Assembly (NCBI GenBank): GCA_017648085.1
Contig: JAGCJI010000141.1
Span: 1-39,560, forward strand
Source: Clostridia bacterium
GTDB lineage: Bacteria; Bacillota; Clostridia; Oscillospirales; CAG-272
Length of the DNA: 39,560 bases
Direction: 5' to 3'
Part shown: positions 9,251 through 18,467 of the stretch, piece by piece
Layout: every line of letters begins with the position of its first letter
Position numbering within the stretch: position 1 is the stretch's first letter
Made by a program: the position numbers and the translations under genes
Notes under the pieces: model-generated
Seen by the model: only the letters and a program-made list of their open reading frames with translations
Told to the model about the DNA's origin: nothing
Databases searched by the model: none

Positions 9251-10521
9251 AGGCAAGAGAAATAAAAGATAAAATTTTAGGTGGCGCGCTTCGGGAATAC
9301 TCCGCTCTTTACACCGACCTCGACTTTCAGGCAAACCGTATAATTGCCGCAATTGACACCTTTACGCAGATGTACGGTGAGGATAGGGAAATATCGGTAT
9401 TTTCAGTTCCCGGCAGAAGCGAAATATCGGGCAATCACACCGATCACAACAACGGCTGTGTTCTTGCGGGCTCTATCGACCGCGACGTTATAGCGGTAGC
9501 TTCACCGCGCGAGGACGGTATAATACGCCTGTATTCAGATGGGTATTCGGAGGAACAAATATCACTCTCCGACGTAGACGAGCCGAAAAATTTCAAAAGC
9601 TTCACCTCCGCTTCTCTGATCGCGGGTGTGTGCCGCGGCTTTAAGAACGAGGGTTACGCGGTCGGCGGATACGACGCCTATCTCACGTCAGCAGTTCCCG
9701 AGGGTAGCGGAATTTCATCAAGCGCGGCGTACGAGGTTATGCTCGGCAATTTGTTAAACCATCTTTACAACGGCGGTGCGATAGACAATCAACAGCTTGC
9801 CGTAATAGCGAAGTATGCCGAAAACGTTTATTTTGGCAAGCCCTGCGGCCTTATGGATCAGATGGCGTGCGCGGTCGGCGGATTTGTGTATATTGATTTT
9901 GAAAACGGTGATTCGCCGAGGGTAGAGCCTATAAAGTTTTCCTTGACCGATGCCGGATACTCGCTCTGCATAGTTAACGCGGGTGCAAGCCACGCCGACC
10001 TTAATGACGATTACGCCGCCGTGCCGGGCGAGATGCGCGCCGTGGCAAAGCTGCTTGGCAGAGAGGTCCTGCGCGGACTCACGGAGGAGGATATAATTAA
10101 AAATCTGACGAATATCAGGCGGTGCGTCGGTGACAGAGCTGTCTTGCGTTCAATACATTTCATAAGAGAGAACGAGAGGGTGGAAAAAATAAGAGAGGCG
10201 CTCCTCTCCGGTGACGTTGCGGGATTTCTCGGCGGCGTTAATAAGTCGGGCCGCTCCTCGTTTGAATATTTGCAAAACGTATACTCGCCAAAAAATCCGG
10301 GGGAGCAATCGGTTGCGCTTGCACTTGCAATTACCGACGGCTACCTTGAAGGAAAAGCGGCGGCATTCCGAGTACACGGTGGCGGCTTTGCGGGCACGAT
10401 TCAGGTGTTCTTGCCCGTCGCTGATACCGATGGATACGTTGATTATATGAATTCCGTCTTTGGTGACGGTGCGGCGGAGGCGTTCAGGATCAGACCTCTC
10501 GGCGCGACAAAACTGTTTTAA
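9247..10521 (+). CDS. galK: Galactokinase (GHMP kinase)
   Basis: PGRSEISGNHTDHN, PEGSGISSSAA, CGLMDQ and RVHGGGFAG. ATGA overlap with the miaA stop gives a start at 9247. Confidence 0.85.
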   Translation: MKAREIKDKILGGALREYSALYTDLDFQANRIIAAIDTFTQMYGEDREISVFSVPGRSEISGNHTDHNNGCVLAGSIDRDVIAVASPREDGIIRLYSDGYSEEQISLSDVDEPKNFKSFTSASLIAGVCRGFKNEGYAVGGYDAYLTSAVPEGSGISSSAAYEVMLGNLLNHLYNGGAIDNQQLAVIAKYAENVYFGKPCGLMDQMACAVGGFVYIDFENGDSPRVEPIKFSLTDAGYSLCIVNAGASHADLNDDYAAVPGEMRAVAKLLGREVLRGLTEEDIIKNLTNIRRCVGDRAVLRSIHFIRENERVEKIREALLSGDVAGFLGGVNKSGRSSFEYLQNVYSPKNPGEQSVALALAITDGYLEGKAAAFRVHGGGFAGTIQVFLPVADTDGYVDYMNSVFGDGAAEAFRIRPLGATKLF

Positions 10522-10557
10522 AAAATCTAGATACAGCAATGTGAAAAGGAGAAGATC

Positions 10558-11652
10558 ATGTCAGCAAAGAAAGCACAGGAAAAGACAGAAAAGGTAGCGG
10601 TGTCGGATAAGAAGGCGGCGCTTGAAACGGTAATGTCCAGAATTGAAAGAGAATGCGGAAAGGGCTCTATAATGCGCCTCGGCGAAAACGTCGGAATGAA
10701 CGTTTCCGCGGTTTCTACCGGATCTCTTTCTCTTGACTTCGCTCTCGGTATAGGTGGAATTCCGAGGGGAAGAATAACCGAAATATACGGTCCCGAATCT
10801 TCGGGTAAAACTACCATTGCGCTTCACGTTATCGCCGAGGTGCAGAAGCAGGGCGGAGAAGCGGCGTTCATCGATGCAGAGCACGCGCTTGACCCCGTGT
10901 ATGCTAAAAAGCTTGGAGTTGATATAAACAACCTCCTCGTTTCACAGCCCGATTGCGGTGAGCAGGCACTTGAAATTGCCGAAACTCTCGTAAACTCCGG
11001 TGCTATCGACATAATCGTAATAGACTCCGTTGCGGCACTCGTTCCCCGTCAGGAGATAGAGGGTGATATGGGTGCGTCCCACGTCGGCGTGCAGGCTCGC
11101 CTTATGTCCCAGGCAATGAGAAAGCTCTCCGGCTCTATTGCAAAATCTAACTGCATAGTTATCTTTACAAACCAGCTTCGTGAGAAGGTGGGCGTTATGT
11201 ACGGTAACCCCGAGGTTACCACCGGAGGCCGTGCGCTTAAGTTCTACGCATCCGTTCGCATTGACGTGCGTCGCGCAGAGGTGCTTAAAAACGGCAGCGA
11301 CGTTTACGGCTCTCACACCAAGTGCAAGGTTGTAAAGAACAAGGTTGCTCCTCCCTTCAAGACTGCGGAGTTTGATATACTTTACGGCTCGGGCATTTCC
11401 AAGTCCTCCGAGATCATCGATATGGCTATCCAGCTTGGTATAGTTGAAAAGAGCGGCGCGTGGTTCTACTACGACGGCGATAGACTCGGACAGGGCAAGG
11501 ACAATGTAAGAAAGCTTATCGAATCCGATAAGGAGCTTATGGATAAGCTTGAAGGCCTTGTTCGCGATAAGGTTCAGAATCAGCCTCTTGATGAGGATGC
11601 GCTCGCATCCGACGATGATTTTGAAATAAACGATTTTGACGGCGACCTTTAA
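10558..11652 (+). CDS. recA: Recombinase RecA
   Basis: [46 protein letters not shown] and KNKVAPPF; AAGGAG SD. Confidence 0.99.
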   Translation: MSAKKAQEKTEKVAVSDKKAALETVMSRIERECGKGSIMRLGENVGMNVSAVSTGSLSLDFALGIGGIPRGRITEIYGPESSGKTTIALHVIAEVQKQGGEAAFIDAEHALDPVYAKKLGVDINNLLVSQPDCGEQALEIAETLVNSGAIDIIVIDSVAALVPRQEIEGDMGASHVGVQARLMSQAMRKLSGSIAKSNCIVIFTNQLREKVGVMYGNPEVTTGGRALKFYASVRIDVRRAEVLKNGSDVYGSHTKCKVVKNKVAPPFKTAEFDILYGSGISKSSEIIDMAIQLGIVEKSGAWFYYDGDRLGQGKDNVRKLIESDKELMDKLEGLVRDKVQNQPLDEDALASDDDFEINDFDGDL

Positions 11653-11671
11653 TTTATTGATAAAAACACGG

Positions 11672-11700
11672 CAAGGCGGCTCTGTTGGCGAGCCGCCTTG
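11672..11700 (+). terminator. Hairpin between recA and recX (terminator, attenuator or stability element)
   Basis: CAAGGCGGCTC-TGTTGGC-GAGCCGCCTTG is a perfect 11-bp stem with only a weak U-tail. Confidence 0.55.
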
Positions 11701-11732
11701 TAATTCAAAACCGACAAAAGCGCGGAGGCAAA

Positions 11733-12323
11733 ATGATAAAGCTTGAATACGTAAGGGGTGCGTCCTCAAAGGGGTACGTGAGGCTTGGCGTGAATACCGA
11801 TGAGGGAAAAGCTTCTTATACGGTATCGGAGGCGACTTATTCCTCCATCGGAGCGCCCCGTATAAGCGATGATTTGACACGGGACAGCCTTGATATTATA
11901 AAAAACGCTGATATGGAATACAGAGCGAGGATATATGCTTTGCGCATTCTCGGATATGCCGACAATAGTGAACGGCGACTTGCGGAGAAGCTCTGTCGGC
12001 GCGGGATAGACCGCGATATAGCCGTGTGCATTGCGCGAGAGATGGTTTCTCTCGGCTATATAAATACCGACCGCCAGCTTGACTCGCTTGTCAGATGCGA
12101 GGTAAATATCCGTTTTTCCGGCCCCGCAAAAATAATTCCCAAGCTCAAAGCTCGCGGATATGACGCAAAGGACGTAAGTGCGGCAATATCACGCCTTCAG
12201 GAGCGCGGGGAAATAGACTTTGAGCTTGCGCGCCTACGCCTTATTGAGTCAAAGCACGTAGATCCCGAGGACCGCGAAAGCGTAAAAAAGATTCTCTACA
12301 GAAACGGACACAATGTATGTTAA
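11733..12323 (+). CDS. recX: Regulatory protein RecX
   Basis: Directly follows recA; ALRILGYADNSERRLAEKL, GYINTDR, GPAKIIPKLKARG and LYRNG; GGAGG SD before the ATG at 11733. Confidence 0.8.
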   Translation: MIKLEYVRGASSKGYVRLGVNTDEGKASYTVSEATYSSIGAPRISDDLTRDSLDIIKNADMEYRARIYALRILGYADNSERRLAEKLCRRGIDRDIAVCIAREMVSLGYINTDRQLDSLVRCEVNIRFSGPAKIIPKLKARGYDAKDVSAAISRLQERGEIDFELARLRLIESKHVDPEDRESVKKILYRNGHNVC

Positions 12324-14035
12324 AACGATTTATAAAATATTATAAGCCGCATCTTGCCCTGTTCAGCTTTGATATGATAGCGGCGGTTATCGTCGCGGCG
12401 GCAAGCCTTTTTTACCCCTCTATAGTAAAGGCAATAATCAACGAATATATAAACGATGATACTCCGAGGAGGCTGATCATATGGTCGGCGATACTTCTCG
12501 CGCTCTACGTGGTCAAGGCGTATTTCAACTACGTAATGGGTTATTACGGACACGTGGTCGGAGTCAGAATGCAGGCGGATATGCGCCGCGATCTGTTTAA
12601 AAAATACGAGTCGTTGCCATTTTCGTATTTCGACAATCACAAGACCGGTGACCTCATATCGCGCCTCTCAAACGATCTTTTTGATGTTTCGGAGCTAGCG
12701 CACCACGGTCCGGAAAACCTTTTCCTCTCCGTGCTTATGCTGGTCGGCTCGTTCGTCGTGCTTATCAGGATCAATCTCACCCTCACGCTCATAATGTTCG
12801 CGATAATCCCATTCATAATTCTGTTCACGGTGATTTCGCGAAAGAGCATGCTCGCGGCAATGAGCGAGTCGCGCAAGAAGATGGCGGACATCAACGTAAA
12901 CGTCGAAAATTCCGTCACGGGTGTCAGGGAGTCCAAATCCTACGTAGCCGAACACCACGAAATATGCAAGTTCAACCTATCGAATAAGAGCTTCGTAAAA
13001 TATCGCACGAAAGCGATGTTTTCCCTCGGACTTTTTCATTCCGTGATGCAGCTCTTTTCCGATCTTTTATATCTAGTTATAATATTTACCGGCGGACTTT
13101 TCCTGTTTTACGGAAAGATCGATGCGGGAGAGTTTGCCGCCTTCATTCTTTATATAAGTATGTTCCTCGATCCCATTCACCGTTTCGTTACTCTCTTTGA
13201 GCAGATGCAGGAGGGAATGTCGGGATACTCGAGATTCCACGAGGTGATGAACGAGCCCTCCGAGCTTGACGAGGGCACGGTGGAGCTCGACGACGTCAAG
13301 GGTGAGGTGAAATTTGAGGGCGTGAGCTTCGGCTACACCACCGATGAGAATGCAAGGCTTGTTATTTCAGACCTCGATCTCTCCGTGCGCGCGGGCGAAA
13401 CGCTTGCGCTAGTCGGCCCGTCAGGCGGCGGAAAAAGCACGCTTTGCAACCTTGTGCCGAGATTCTATAATCTTAACTCCGGCAGGATTTTGCTCGACGG
13501 CGTAGATGTGCGTGACATCAAGCTTGAAAGCCTGCGCAAAAATATCGGAATGGTATCGCAAAACGTGTTCCTTTTTGACGGTACTGTGCGCGAAAATATC
13601 GCATATGGCAACCTGGATGCAACCGATGAGGAAATAATAGAAGCGGCTAAAAAGGCTAATATACACGATTATATTATCACGATGGCAAACGGATATGATA
13701 CGGAGGTCGGAGAGCGCGGAGTGAAGCTCTCGGGCGGACAAAAGCAGAGAATTGCCATAGCGCGCGTCTTCCTCAAAAATCCCAAGCTGCTCATACTTGA
13801 CGAGGCAACCAGTGCGCTTGATAACGTGACTGAAATGCAGATACAAAAGTCGCTTGAGGAGCTTTCACGCGGCAGAACGGTTATCGTGGTAGCGCACAGG
13901 CTCTCTACGGTAAAGGGTGCTGACGAGATAGTCGTCCTCGATTGTGACGGAATAGTGGAGAAGGGCTCGCACGAGGCTCTTATGGAGCTTGGCGGCGAAT
14001 ATAAACGGCTCTATTCCTATCAGTTCAGACAGTGA
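12317..14035 (+). CDS. ABC exporter, fused permease + ATPase (MsbA/MdlB-like)
   Basis: N-terminal TM helices; GPSGGGKST, LSGGQKQR, ILDEATSALD and VAHRLST. Confidence 0.92.
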   Translation: MLKRFIKYYKPHLALFSFDMIAAVIVAAASLFYPSIVKAIINEYINDDTPRRLIIWSAILLALYVVKAYFNYVMGYYGHVVGVRMQADMRRDLFKKYESLPFSYFDNHKTGDLISRLSNDLFDVSELAHHGPENLFLSVLMLVGSFVVLIRINLTLTLIMFAIIPFIILFTVISRKSMLAAMSESRKKMADINVNVENSVTGVRESKSYVAEHHEICKFNLSNKSFVKYRTKAMFSLGLFHSVMQLFSDLLYLVIIFTGGLFLFYGKIDAGEFAAFILYISMFLDPIHRFVTLFEQMQEGMSGYSRFHEVMNEPSELDEGTVELDDVKGEVKFEGVSFGYTTDENARLVISDLDLSVRAGETLALVGPSGGGKSTLCNLVPRFYNLNSGRILLDGVDVRDIKLESLRKNIGMVSQNVFLFDGTVRENIAYGNLDATDEEIIEAAKKANIHDYIITMANGYDTEVGERGVKLSGGQKQRIAIARVFLKNPKLLILDEATSALDNVTEMQIQKSLEELSRGRTVIVVAHRLSTVKGADEIVVLDCDGIVEKGSHEALMELGGEYKRLYSYQFRQ

Positions 14036-14045
14036 CCGAACAAAT

Positions 14046-14093
14046 AAAAAATGGGCGAGAATACCGCACGGGTATCCTCGTCCCTTTGTTTTT
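14046..14093. terminator. Bidirectional intrinsic terminator
   Basis: A-tract, then GGGCGAGAATACC/GGTATCCTCGTCCC imperfect stem, then T-tract, between convergent stops. Confidence 0.65.
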
Positions 14094-14095
14094 AG

Positions 14096-16192
14096 TTAAA
14101 TCTTAAAGATGATGTCTCCGTAGGTGGGCATCGGCCACGCCTCACGTGCGGTGAGGATCTCCATCTCGTCAACCACGCGGCGCAACGCTTGCATTTTAGC
14201 CTCAACGGTATCCTTGTAGAAGAATGCCGCCTCCACCTCGCCGCGTTTTGCAATCGCACTCTTTTCTGCACGCTCCAGCGCAGAGTAGGCATCGTAGGTC
14301 TTTGAGAGAAGCTCGGAGAGTCTTTCTATAATATCTACCTCGCACGCGACGTTTGCGTTTTTGATAGCGGCGCGCGTTGCGTTAACCGACTCCGAAAGCT
14401 TGCCGATATACTTTGATACCGCGGGGATTATATCTCGCACTGTCATCTCAAGCATCGTGCGCGCCTCGATATTCTTGATCTTTCTATAGCTTTCAAAGAA
14501 TATTTCGCGCCTGGAGCGCATTTCGGTTTCGCTCATAACGCCAAAACGGGTGAAAAGGGCAATATTTTTCTCGTCGGTGAAATGCTCGTAAGCCTCGGGC
14601 GCGGTTTTAAAGTTTGAAAGTCCGCGCTCGCGTGCCTCCTTTTCCCATTCCTCCGAATAGGAGTTGCCAGCGAAAAGAATCCTCTTGTGCGCCTTAAAGG
14701 TTTCTGCAAGCAGGGTGTCGGTCGCTGCATCGAAATCCTCCGCCCCTTCAAGCTTGTCCGCAAACTCACGGAAGGAGTTTGCGACCGCCGTGTTAAGAAC
14801 GATATTAGCTAACGCGATGTTCTGGGATGAGCCGACCATTCTGAACTCAAACTTGTTACCGGTAAAGGCAAACGGTGAGGTTCTGTTCCTATCGGTCGTA
14901 TCACGTCTTATAGAGGGGACGTAGGGTACGCCGAGGGACATATACTTCGGGTCCTTGTTAGAGTAGACCGAGCCGTCAATTATGGATTCTATAATTCTGT
15001 CAAGCTCATCACCAAGGAAAATGGATATGATAGCAGGGGGTGCTTCGTCACCGCCGAGTCGGCAATCGTTGCCTGCACTTGCGGCGGATATGCGCAACAG
15101 ATCCTGATACTCGTCAACCGCCTTTATAACCGCGGCGTGAATGAGAAGGAACTGTTTATTTTCACACGGGGTCTTGCCGGGCTTCAAAAGATTGACACCG
15201 CCGTCGGTGGCGATCGACCAGTTGTTATGCTTGCCCGAGCCGTTTATTCCTACAAACGGCTTTTCCGCTAAAAGACACGCCATCTTATAGCGCGGCGCTA
15301 TCTTTTTCATATATTCCATAGTAAGCAGGTTGTGGTCGACTGCTATATTGGTGGTAGAAAATATGGGCGCAAGCTCGTGTTGTGAGGGTGCTGCCTCGTT
15401 ATGCTTGGTTTTTGCCGAGATGCCGAGCTTCCACAGCTCCTCGTCAAGCTCCTTCATAAATAAATTGACACGGGGTGGCAATACGCCAAAATAATGGTCG
15501 TCAAGCTCCTGTCCCTTAACCGGGGGAGCACCAAAGAGGGTGCGACCGCAGTAAAAGAGGTCGCGTCGTGCCACGTAGTCCGCCTCGTCGATAAGGAAAT
15601 ACTCCTGCTCTGCACCGACGGTGGAGGTAACGCGCTTCGTTGCGGTGTCACCGAAAAGGCGTAGTATGCGAAGCGCCTCCGTATTAATTGCATCCATTGA
15701 GCGGAGCAGGGGGGTCTTGGTATCAAGTGCCTCACCTGTATATGAACAAAAGGCTGTCGGTATGTAAAGTGAGCCGTCTTTTATAAAGGCGTAGGACGCG
15801 GGATCCCAGGCGGTGTATCCGCGCGCCTCAAAGGTTGCGCGCAGGCCTCCCGACGGGAAGGAGGATGCATCGGGCTCTCCTTTTATAAGCTCCTTGCCCG
15901 AAAACTCCATGATAGCCTTTCCTCCGCCAACGGGAGTAAGGAAGGCATCGTGCTTCTCGGCAGTAACGCCGGTAAGGGGCTGAAACCAATGCGTATAGTG
16001 CGTTGCGCCGTGCTCGATCGCCCAATCCTTCATAGCACCGGCAACCACGTCAGCGATAGAGGCGTCGATCTCCTTGCCGGTTGCCATAGTATTTATAAGG
16101 GATTTATAAACGTCTTTAGGAAGTCTTTCCCGCATTACGTCCTCGCTGAATACGCGGCAGGCGAATATATCGGGTATACGTTTGTTTTCCAT
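14096..16192 (-). CDS. glnA: Glutamine synthetase type III
   Basis: About 700 aa; [60 protein letters not shown] and [18 protein letters not shown]. Start is ATG 16192 or TTG 16198. Confidence 0.95.
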   Translation of the reverse strand: MENKRIPDIFACRVFSEDVMRERLPKDVYKSLINTMATGKEIDASIADVVAGAMKDWAIEHGATHYTHWFQPLTGVTAEKHDAFLTPVGGGKAIMEFSGKELIKGEPDASSFPSGGLRATFEARGYTAWDPASYAFIKDGSLYIPTAFCSYTGEALDTKTPLLRSMDAINTEALRILRLFGDTATKRVTSTVGAEQEYFLIDEADYVARRDLFYCGRTLFGAPPVKGQELDDHYFGVLPPRVNLFMKELDEELWKLGISAKTKHNEAAPSQHELAPIFSTTNIAVDHNLLTMEYMKKIAPRYKMACLLAEKPFVGINGSGKHNNWSIATDGGVNLLKPGKTPCENKQFLLIHAAVIKAVDEYQDLLRISAASAGNDCRLGGDEAPPAIISIFLGDELDRIIESIIDGSVYSNKDPKYMSLGVPYVPSIRRDTTDRNRTSPFAFTGNKFEFRMVGSSQNIALANIVLNTAVANSFREFADKLEGAEDFDAATDTLLAETFKAHKRILFAGNSYSEEWEKEARERGLSNFKTAPEAYEHFTDEKNIALFTRFGVMSETEMRSRREIFFESYRKIKNIEARTMLEMTVRDIIPAVSKYIGKLSESVNATRAAIKNANVACEVDIIERLSELLSKTYDAYSALERAEKSAIAKRGEVEAAFFYKDTVEAKMQALRRVVDEMEILTAREAWPMPTYGDIIFKI

Positions 16193-16233
16193 TGTCAATT
16201 CCAGCCTTCATGGGTTTAAAATTTAATAAATAT

Positions 16234-16306
16234 ATTATATACTAATATTTTCGGAAAGTCAATTACAAATTTCGCTATTGACTTTTATACTGTATAATGT
16301 TATAAT
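16234..16306. promoter_or_regulatory. Back-to-back sigma-A promoters for GSIII (-) and the exonuclease (+)
   Basis: Minus: TTGACT(16262-16257)-17-TATAAT(16239-16234). Plus: TTGACT(16278-16283)-17-TATAAT(16301-16306). Confidence 0.75.
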
Positions 16307-16335
16307 TATGCATATCGAATTTTAAGGATTTTTGA

Positions 16336-17322
16336 ATGTATTATATAACTTTAGACCTAGAATGGAACCAGGCGTATGCGGAAAAGGCTCTCGCGGTGCA
16401 AAAGCGACTTTGCCGACGTCTGCGCGGCGAGGTGATCCAGATCGGCGCGGTAAAGCTTGATAAAAACATGCTTCCGTGCGGCTCGTATCAGATAATCGTA
16501 AAGCCGAAATATTTTAAAAAGCTGCATAAGCACGTTTCGGTTTTGACCGGTATCACGCAGGAGCAGATGGACCTCGGTTCTCCGCTTGCGGAAGCGGCGG
16601 AAAAATTTAAAAAATGGTGTGGCAAGGACTTTGCGTTTTTAACTTGGGGACCGGATGATATCCCGATGCTTAAGGAAAATCTTCGGGCTCATGACCTTGC
16701 TGTCGATTGGCTGGATGAAAATTACGACCTTCAGCTTATATTTAACAGACAGACCGATGGCGCATCAAAGCAGCGTTCTCTCGAATACGCGATGGAATAC
16801 TTTGAGATTCCGCAAAATTTACCCGCGCACGACGCGCTTAACGACGCATATTTTACCGCTCTTGTGGCAGAGAAACTTGACGTGGAGGAGGGAATAAAAA
16901 CCTACAATCAGCGCTCCGGCATCCTCCTTGATGAGCGCGTTGTCGGTGATGCCGACGCAGGTGAGGACGGCTACGTTACCATATCCGAGCTGCTCGACGA
17001 GGATTTCGTGAAAGCGCCCGTGTGTCCCGTTTGTCAGCGTAAGCTTTCATCGCGACTTAAGATGCTTCACTCCAAGGGGCAAAGGTACAGCTATATATAC
17101 AGCTGTCCCACTGACGGAAATATGATTCTTTCATTAAAGCTGCACCGCAATTTCAACGAAACATGGCGTGCAAAGCTTTCATTTGAGCTTGCCGACGACG
17201 CGAGGATTGAAGAATTCAAGCGCGCGCTTGATGCAAGCAACGTTAAAAGAAAGGCAAAACATAGAAGATCACGCAGAAAGACGGCGGATACCGCGCGTCA
17301 GCCTGCGCAGGAAACGACCTGA
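16336..17322 (+). CDS. DEDDh 3'-5' exonuclease (ERI1/KapD-like) with a C-terminal Cys-containing domain and basic tail
   Basis: ExoI LDLEWNQ, EVIQIGAVK, LTGITQE, TWGPDD and ExoIII HDALNDA; later CPVC...CPTD. Confidence 0.85.
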   Translation: MYYITLDLEWNQAYAEKALAVQKRLCRRLRGEVIQIGAVKLDKNMLPCGSYQIIVKPKYFKKLHKHVSVLTGITQEQMDLGSPLAEAAEKFKKWCGKDFAFLTWGPDDIPMLKENLRAHDLAVDWLDENYDLQLIFNRQTDGASKQRSLEYAMEYFEIPQNLPAHDALNDAYFTALVAEKLDVEEGIKTYNQRSGILLDERVVGDADAGEDGYVTISELLDEDFVKAPVCPVCQRKLSSRLKMLHSKGQRYSYIYSCPTDGNMILSLKLHRNFNETWRAKLSFELADDARIEEFKRALDASNVKRKAKHRRSRRKTADTARQPAQETT

Positions 17323-17327
17323 CGTTT

Positions 17328-17361
17328 AAAGAGGAGCTACCGAAAGGGTAGCTCCTCTTTT
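17328..17361 (+). terminator. Intrinsic terminator
   Basis: AAAGAGGAGCTACC-GAAAG-GGTAGCTCCTCTTTT right after the stop at 17322. Confidence 0.85.
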
Positions 17362-17430
17362 CGCTTAAAAGGGTAAAAATTAGGAAAACCGTAGGTTTTC
17401 AACCGCGTTTTCCTCAAATTATACTTAAAG

Positions 17431-17464
17431 AAAAGAGGTACTGTGTTTTTTCACAATACCTCTT
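17431..17464 (-). terminator. Terminator for the 147-aa lipoprotein gene
   Basis: AAGAGGTA-CTGTG...CACAA-TACCTCTT stem, with an A-tract on the plus side (U-tract on minus). Confidence 0.6.
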
Positions 17465-17526
17465 CGTTTTTTATCTGTTTATGACTAAATACGACAGTTC
17501 TGCGTTTTGTTATATAGCGGCGCGTT

Positions 17527-17970
17527 TTATTTAACAAACACAAACGGTGAATCGGATGCGTCAGTAGCACCCGTGCCGAGAAAATGCTTGATTTCTCCCG
17601 TTTGTATATCGGTGTAGTAGAATTTCGTTGAGCCGAAGAAGCCGCCCATATTTTCCGCTACGCCGTGATATCCGCCGCTTTCTACACCTAGTCCCGAGGT
17701 GTCCGGCATCGTATAAACGTATCCGCCGGAGTTCCCGAGAATTTTGATGTATTCAGGGGGGAGTATCGGGTTAAGGTTAAGCAGAGTTCCCTTGCCCTTG
17801 ATGATATGCCCGCCGTCCTTATAATCATTGTAGAGCATATCCGTGTTACCGATAACGCCGTCGCCGTCATCGTCCTTATGCGTGCAGGGCTTCTCGCCGC
17901 AAGCAAAGGTAAAGAGCGTTAACGTCATAACCAGGACGACAAGAATCAGTTTTTTGAAAGCTTTTTTCAT
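17527..17970 (-). CDS. 147-aa lipoprotein; internally deleted paralogue of 18468..21485 (possible pseudogene)
   Basis: Signal peptide with lipobox TFA-C24, then CTHKDDDGDGV, then directly the family C-terminus (LNPILPPEYIKI...YHGVAENMGGFFGSTKFYYTD); GAGG SD. Confidence 0.75.
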   Translation of the reverse strand: MKKAFKKLILVVLVMTLTLFTFACGEKPCTHKDDDGDGVIGNTDMLYNDYKDGGHIIKGKGTLLNLNPILPPEYIKILGNSGGYVYTMPDTSGLGVESGGYHGVAENMGGFFGSTKFYYTDIQTGEIKHFLGTGATDASDSPFVFVK

Positions 17971-18001
17971 AAACTACCTCGACTTGTAACGTTATAATTC
18001 C

Positions 18002-18079
18002 ATTATACATAAAATAAGCGTGAAAGTCAATAATATACGCGAAGGTTAATATTATACGCACCGGGGTTGCCGTTGTCAA
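18002..18079 (-). promoter_or_regulatory. Two tandem sigma-A promoters for 17527..17970
   Basis: TTGACT(18030-18025)-17-TATAAT(18007-18002) and TTGACA(18079-18074)-17-TATAAT(18056-18051). Confidence 0.7.
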
Positions 18080-18166
18080 ATGTAAGCATACAGTCCCCGC
18101 ACCTCGCTTCTTAACCGGGTTGTTTTTTCGCTGTAAAAATATGTTATAAAAAAATTGAAAAAGGTA

Positions 18167-18195
18167 TTGCATTTTTAAAAAAGGTGTGTTATAAT
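18167..18195 (+). promoter_or_regulatory. sigma-A promoter (extended -10) for the small peptide gene
   Basis: TTGCAT(18167-18172)-17-TATAAT(18190-18195) with a TG motif and A-rich upstream sequence. Confidence 0.7.
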
Positions 18196-18242
18196 CAAGT
18201 TACCAACAGTTATGCTTTCTATGTGTACCGGAGGTAATACAT

Positions 18243-18350
18243 ATGAAGTATGAAAATCCTACATGTGAAATAGTATTACTTGATGACGCAGACTGTCTCA
18301 GAACTTCCGTGGAGTGGAAGCCTGGCGAAACTCCCTTTGTAGTTCACTAA
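18243..18350 (+). CDS. 35-aa small peptide MKYENPTCEIVLLDDADCLRTSVEWKPGETPFVVH (YxxP leader-like; not in the ORF track)
   Basis: Strong SD GGAGGT 7 nt before the ATG, with a promoter upstream and a terminator downstream. Confidence 0.75.
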   Translation: MKYENPTCEIVLLDDADCLRTSVEWKPGETPFVVH

Positions 18351-18370
18351 TACTACTCACGTTTAGAAGG

Positions 18371-18404
18371 AAAGAACGCCGACCCAATCGGCGTTCTTTT
18401 TTTT
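18371..18404 (+). terminator. Intrinsic terminator of the small peptide gene
   Basis: AAAGAACGCCGA-CCCAA-TCGGCGTTCTTT running into an 8-T tract. Confidence 0.85.
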
Positions 18405-18424
18405 GATTTGGTGCTTTGTTTTTT

Positions 18425-18454
18425 AAAAAGAGGCGGTGCTTTTCGCACCGCCTC
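18425..18454 (-). terminator. Intrinsic terminator of the 1005-aa lipoprotein gene
   Basis: GAGGCGGTGC-TTTTC-GCACCGCCTC, with AAAAA on the plus side (U-tail on minus). Confidence 0.8.
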
Positions 18455-18467
18455 AAATTATTTTGGA

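Noticed and set aside
17381-17414. Nested palindrome GAAAACC-GTA-GGTTTTC as a REP-like element
   Set aside because: It is a single short copy between two terminators, and no second copy was found in the window to support a family.
1919-17655. 23-bp inverted identity (1919-1941 vs 17633-17655) as ends of an invertible segment
   Set aside because: It is explained by conserved codons for ENMGGFFG in paralogues. No recombinase is present and the enclosed genes are ordinary core genes.
18243-18350. Canonical lasso-peptide cluster
   Set aside because: No cyclase, RRE or transglutaminase-like peptidase gene is adjacent. It is kept only as a leader-like peptide.
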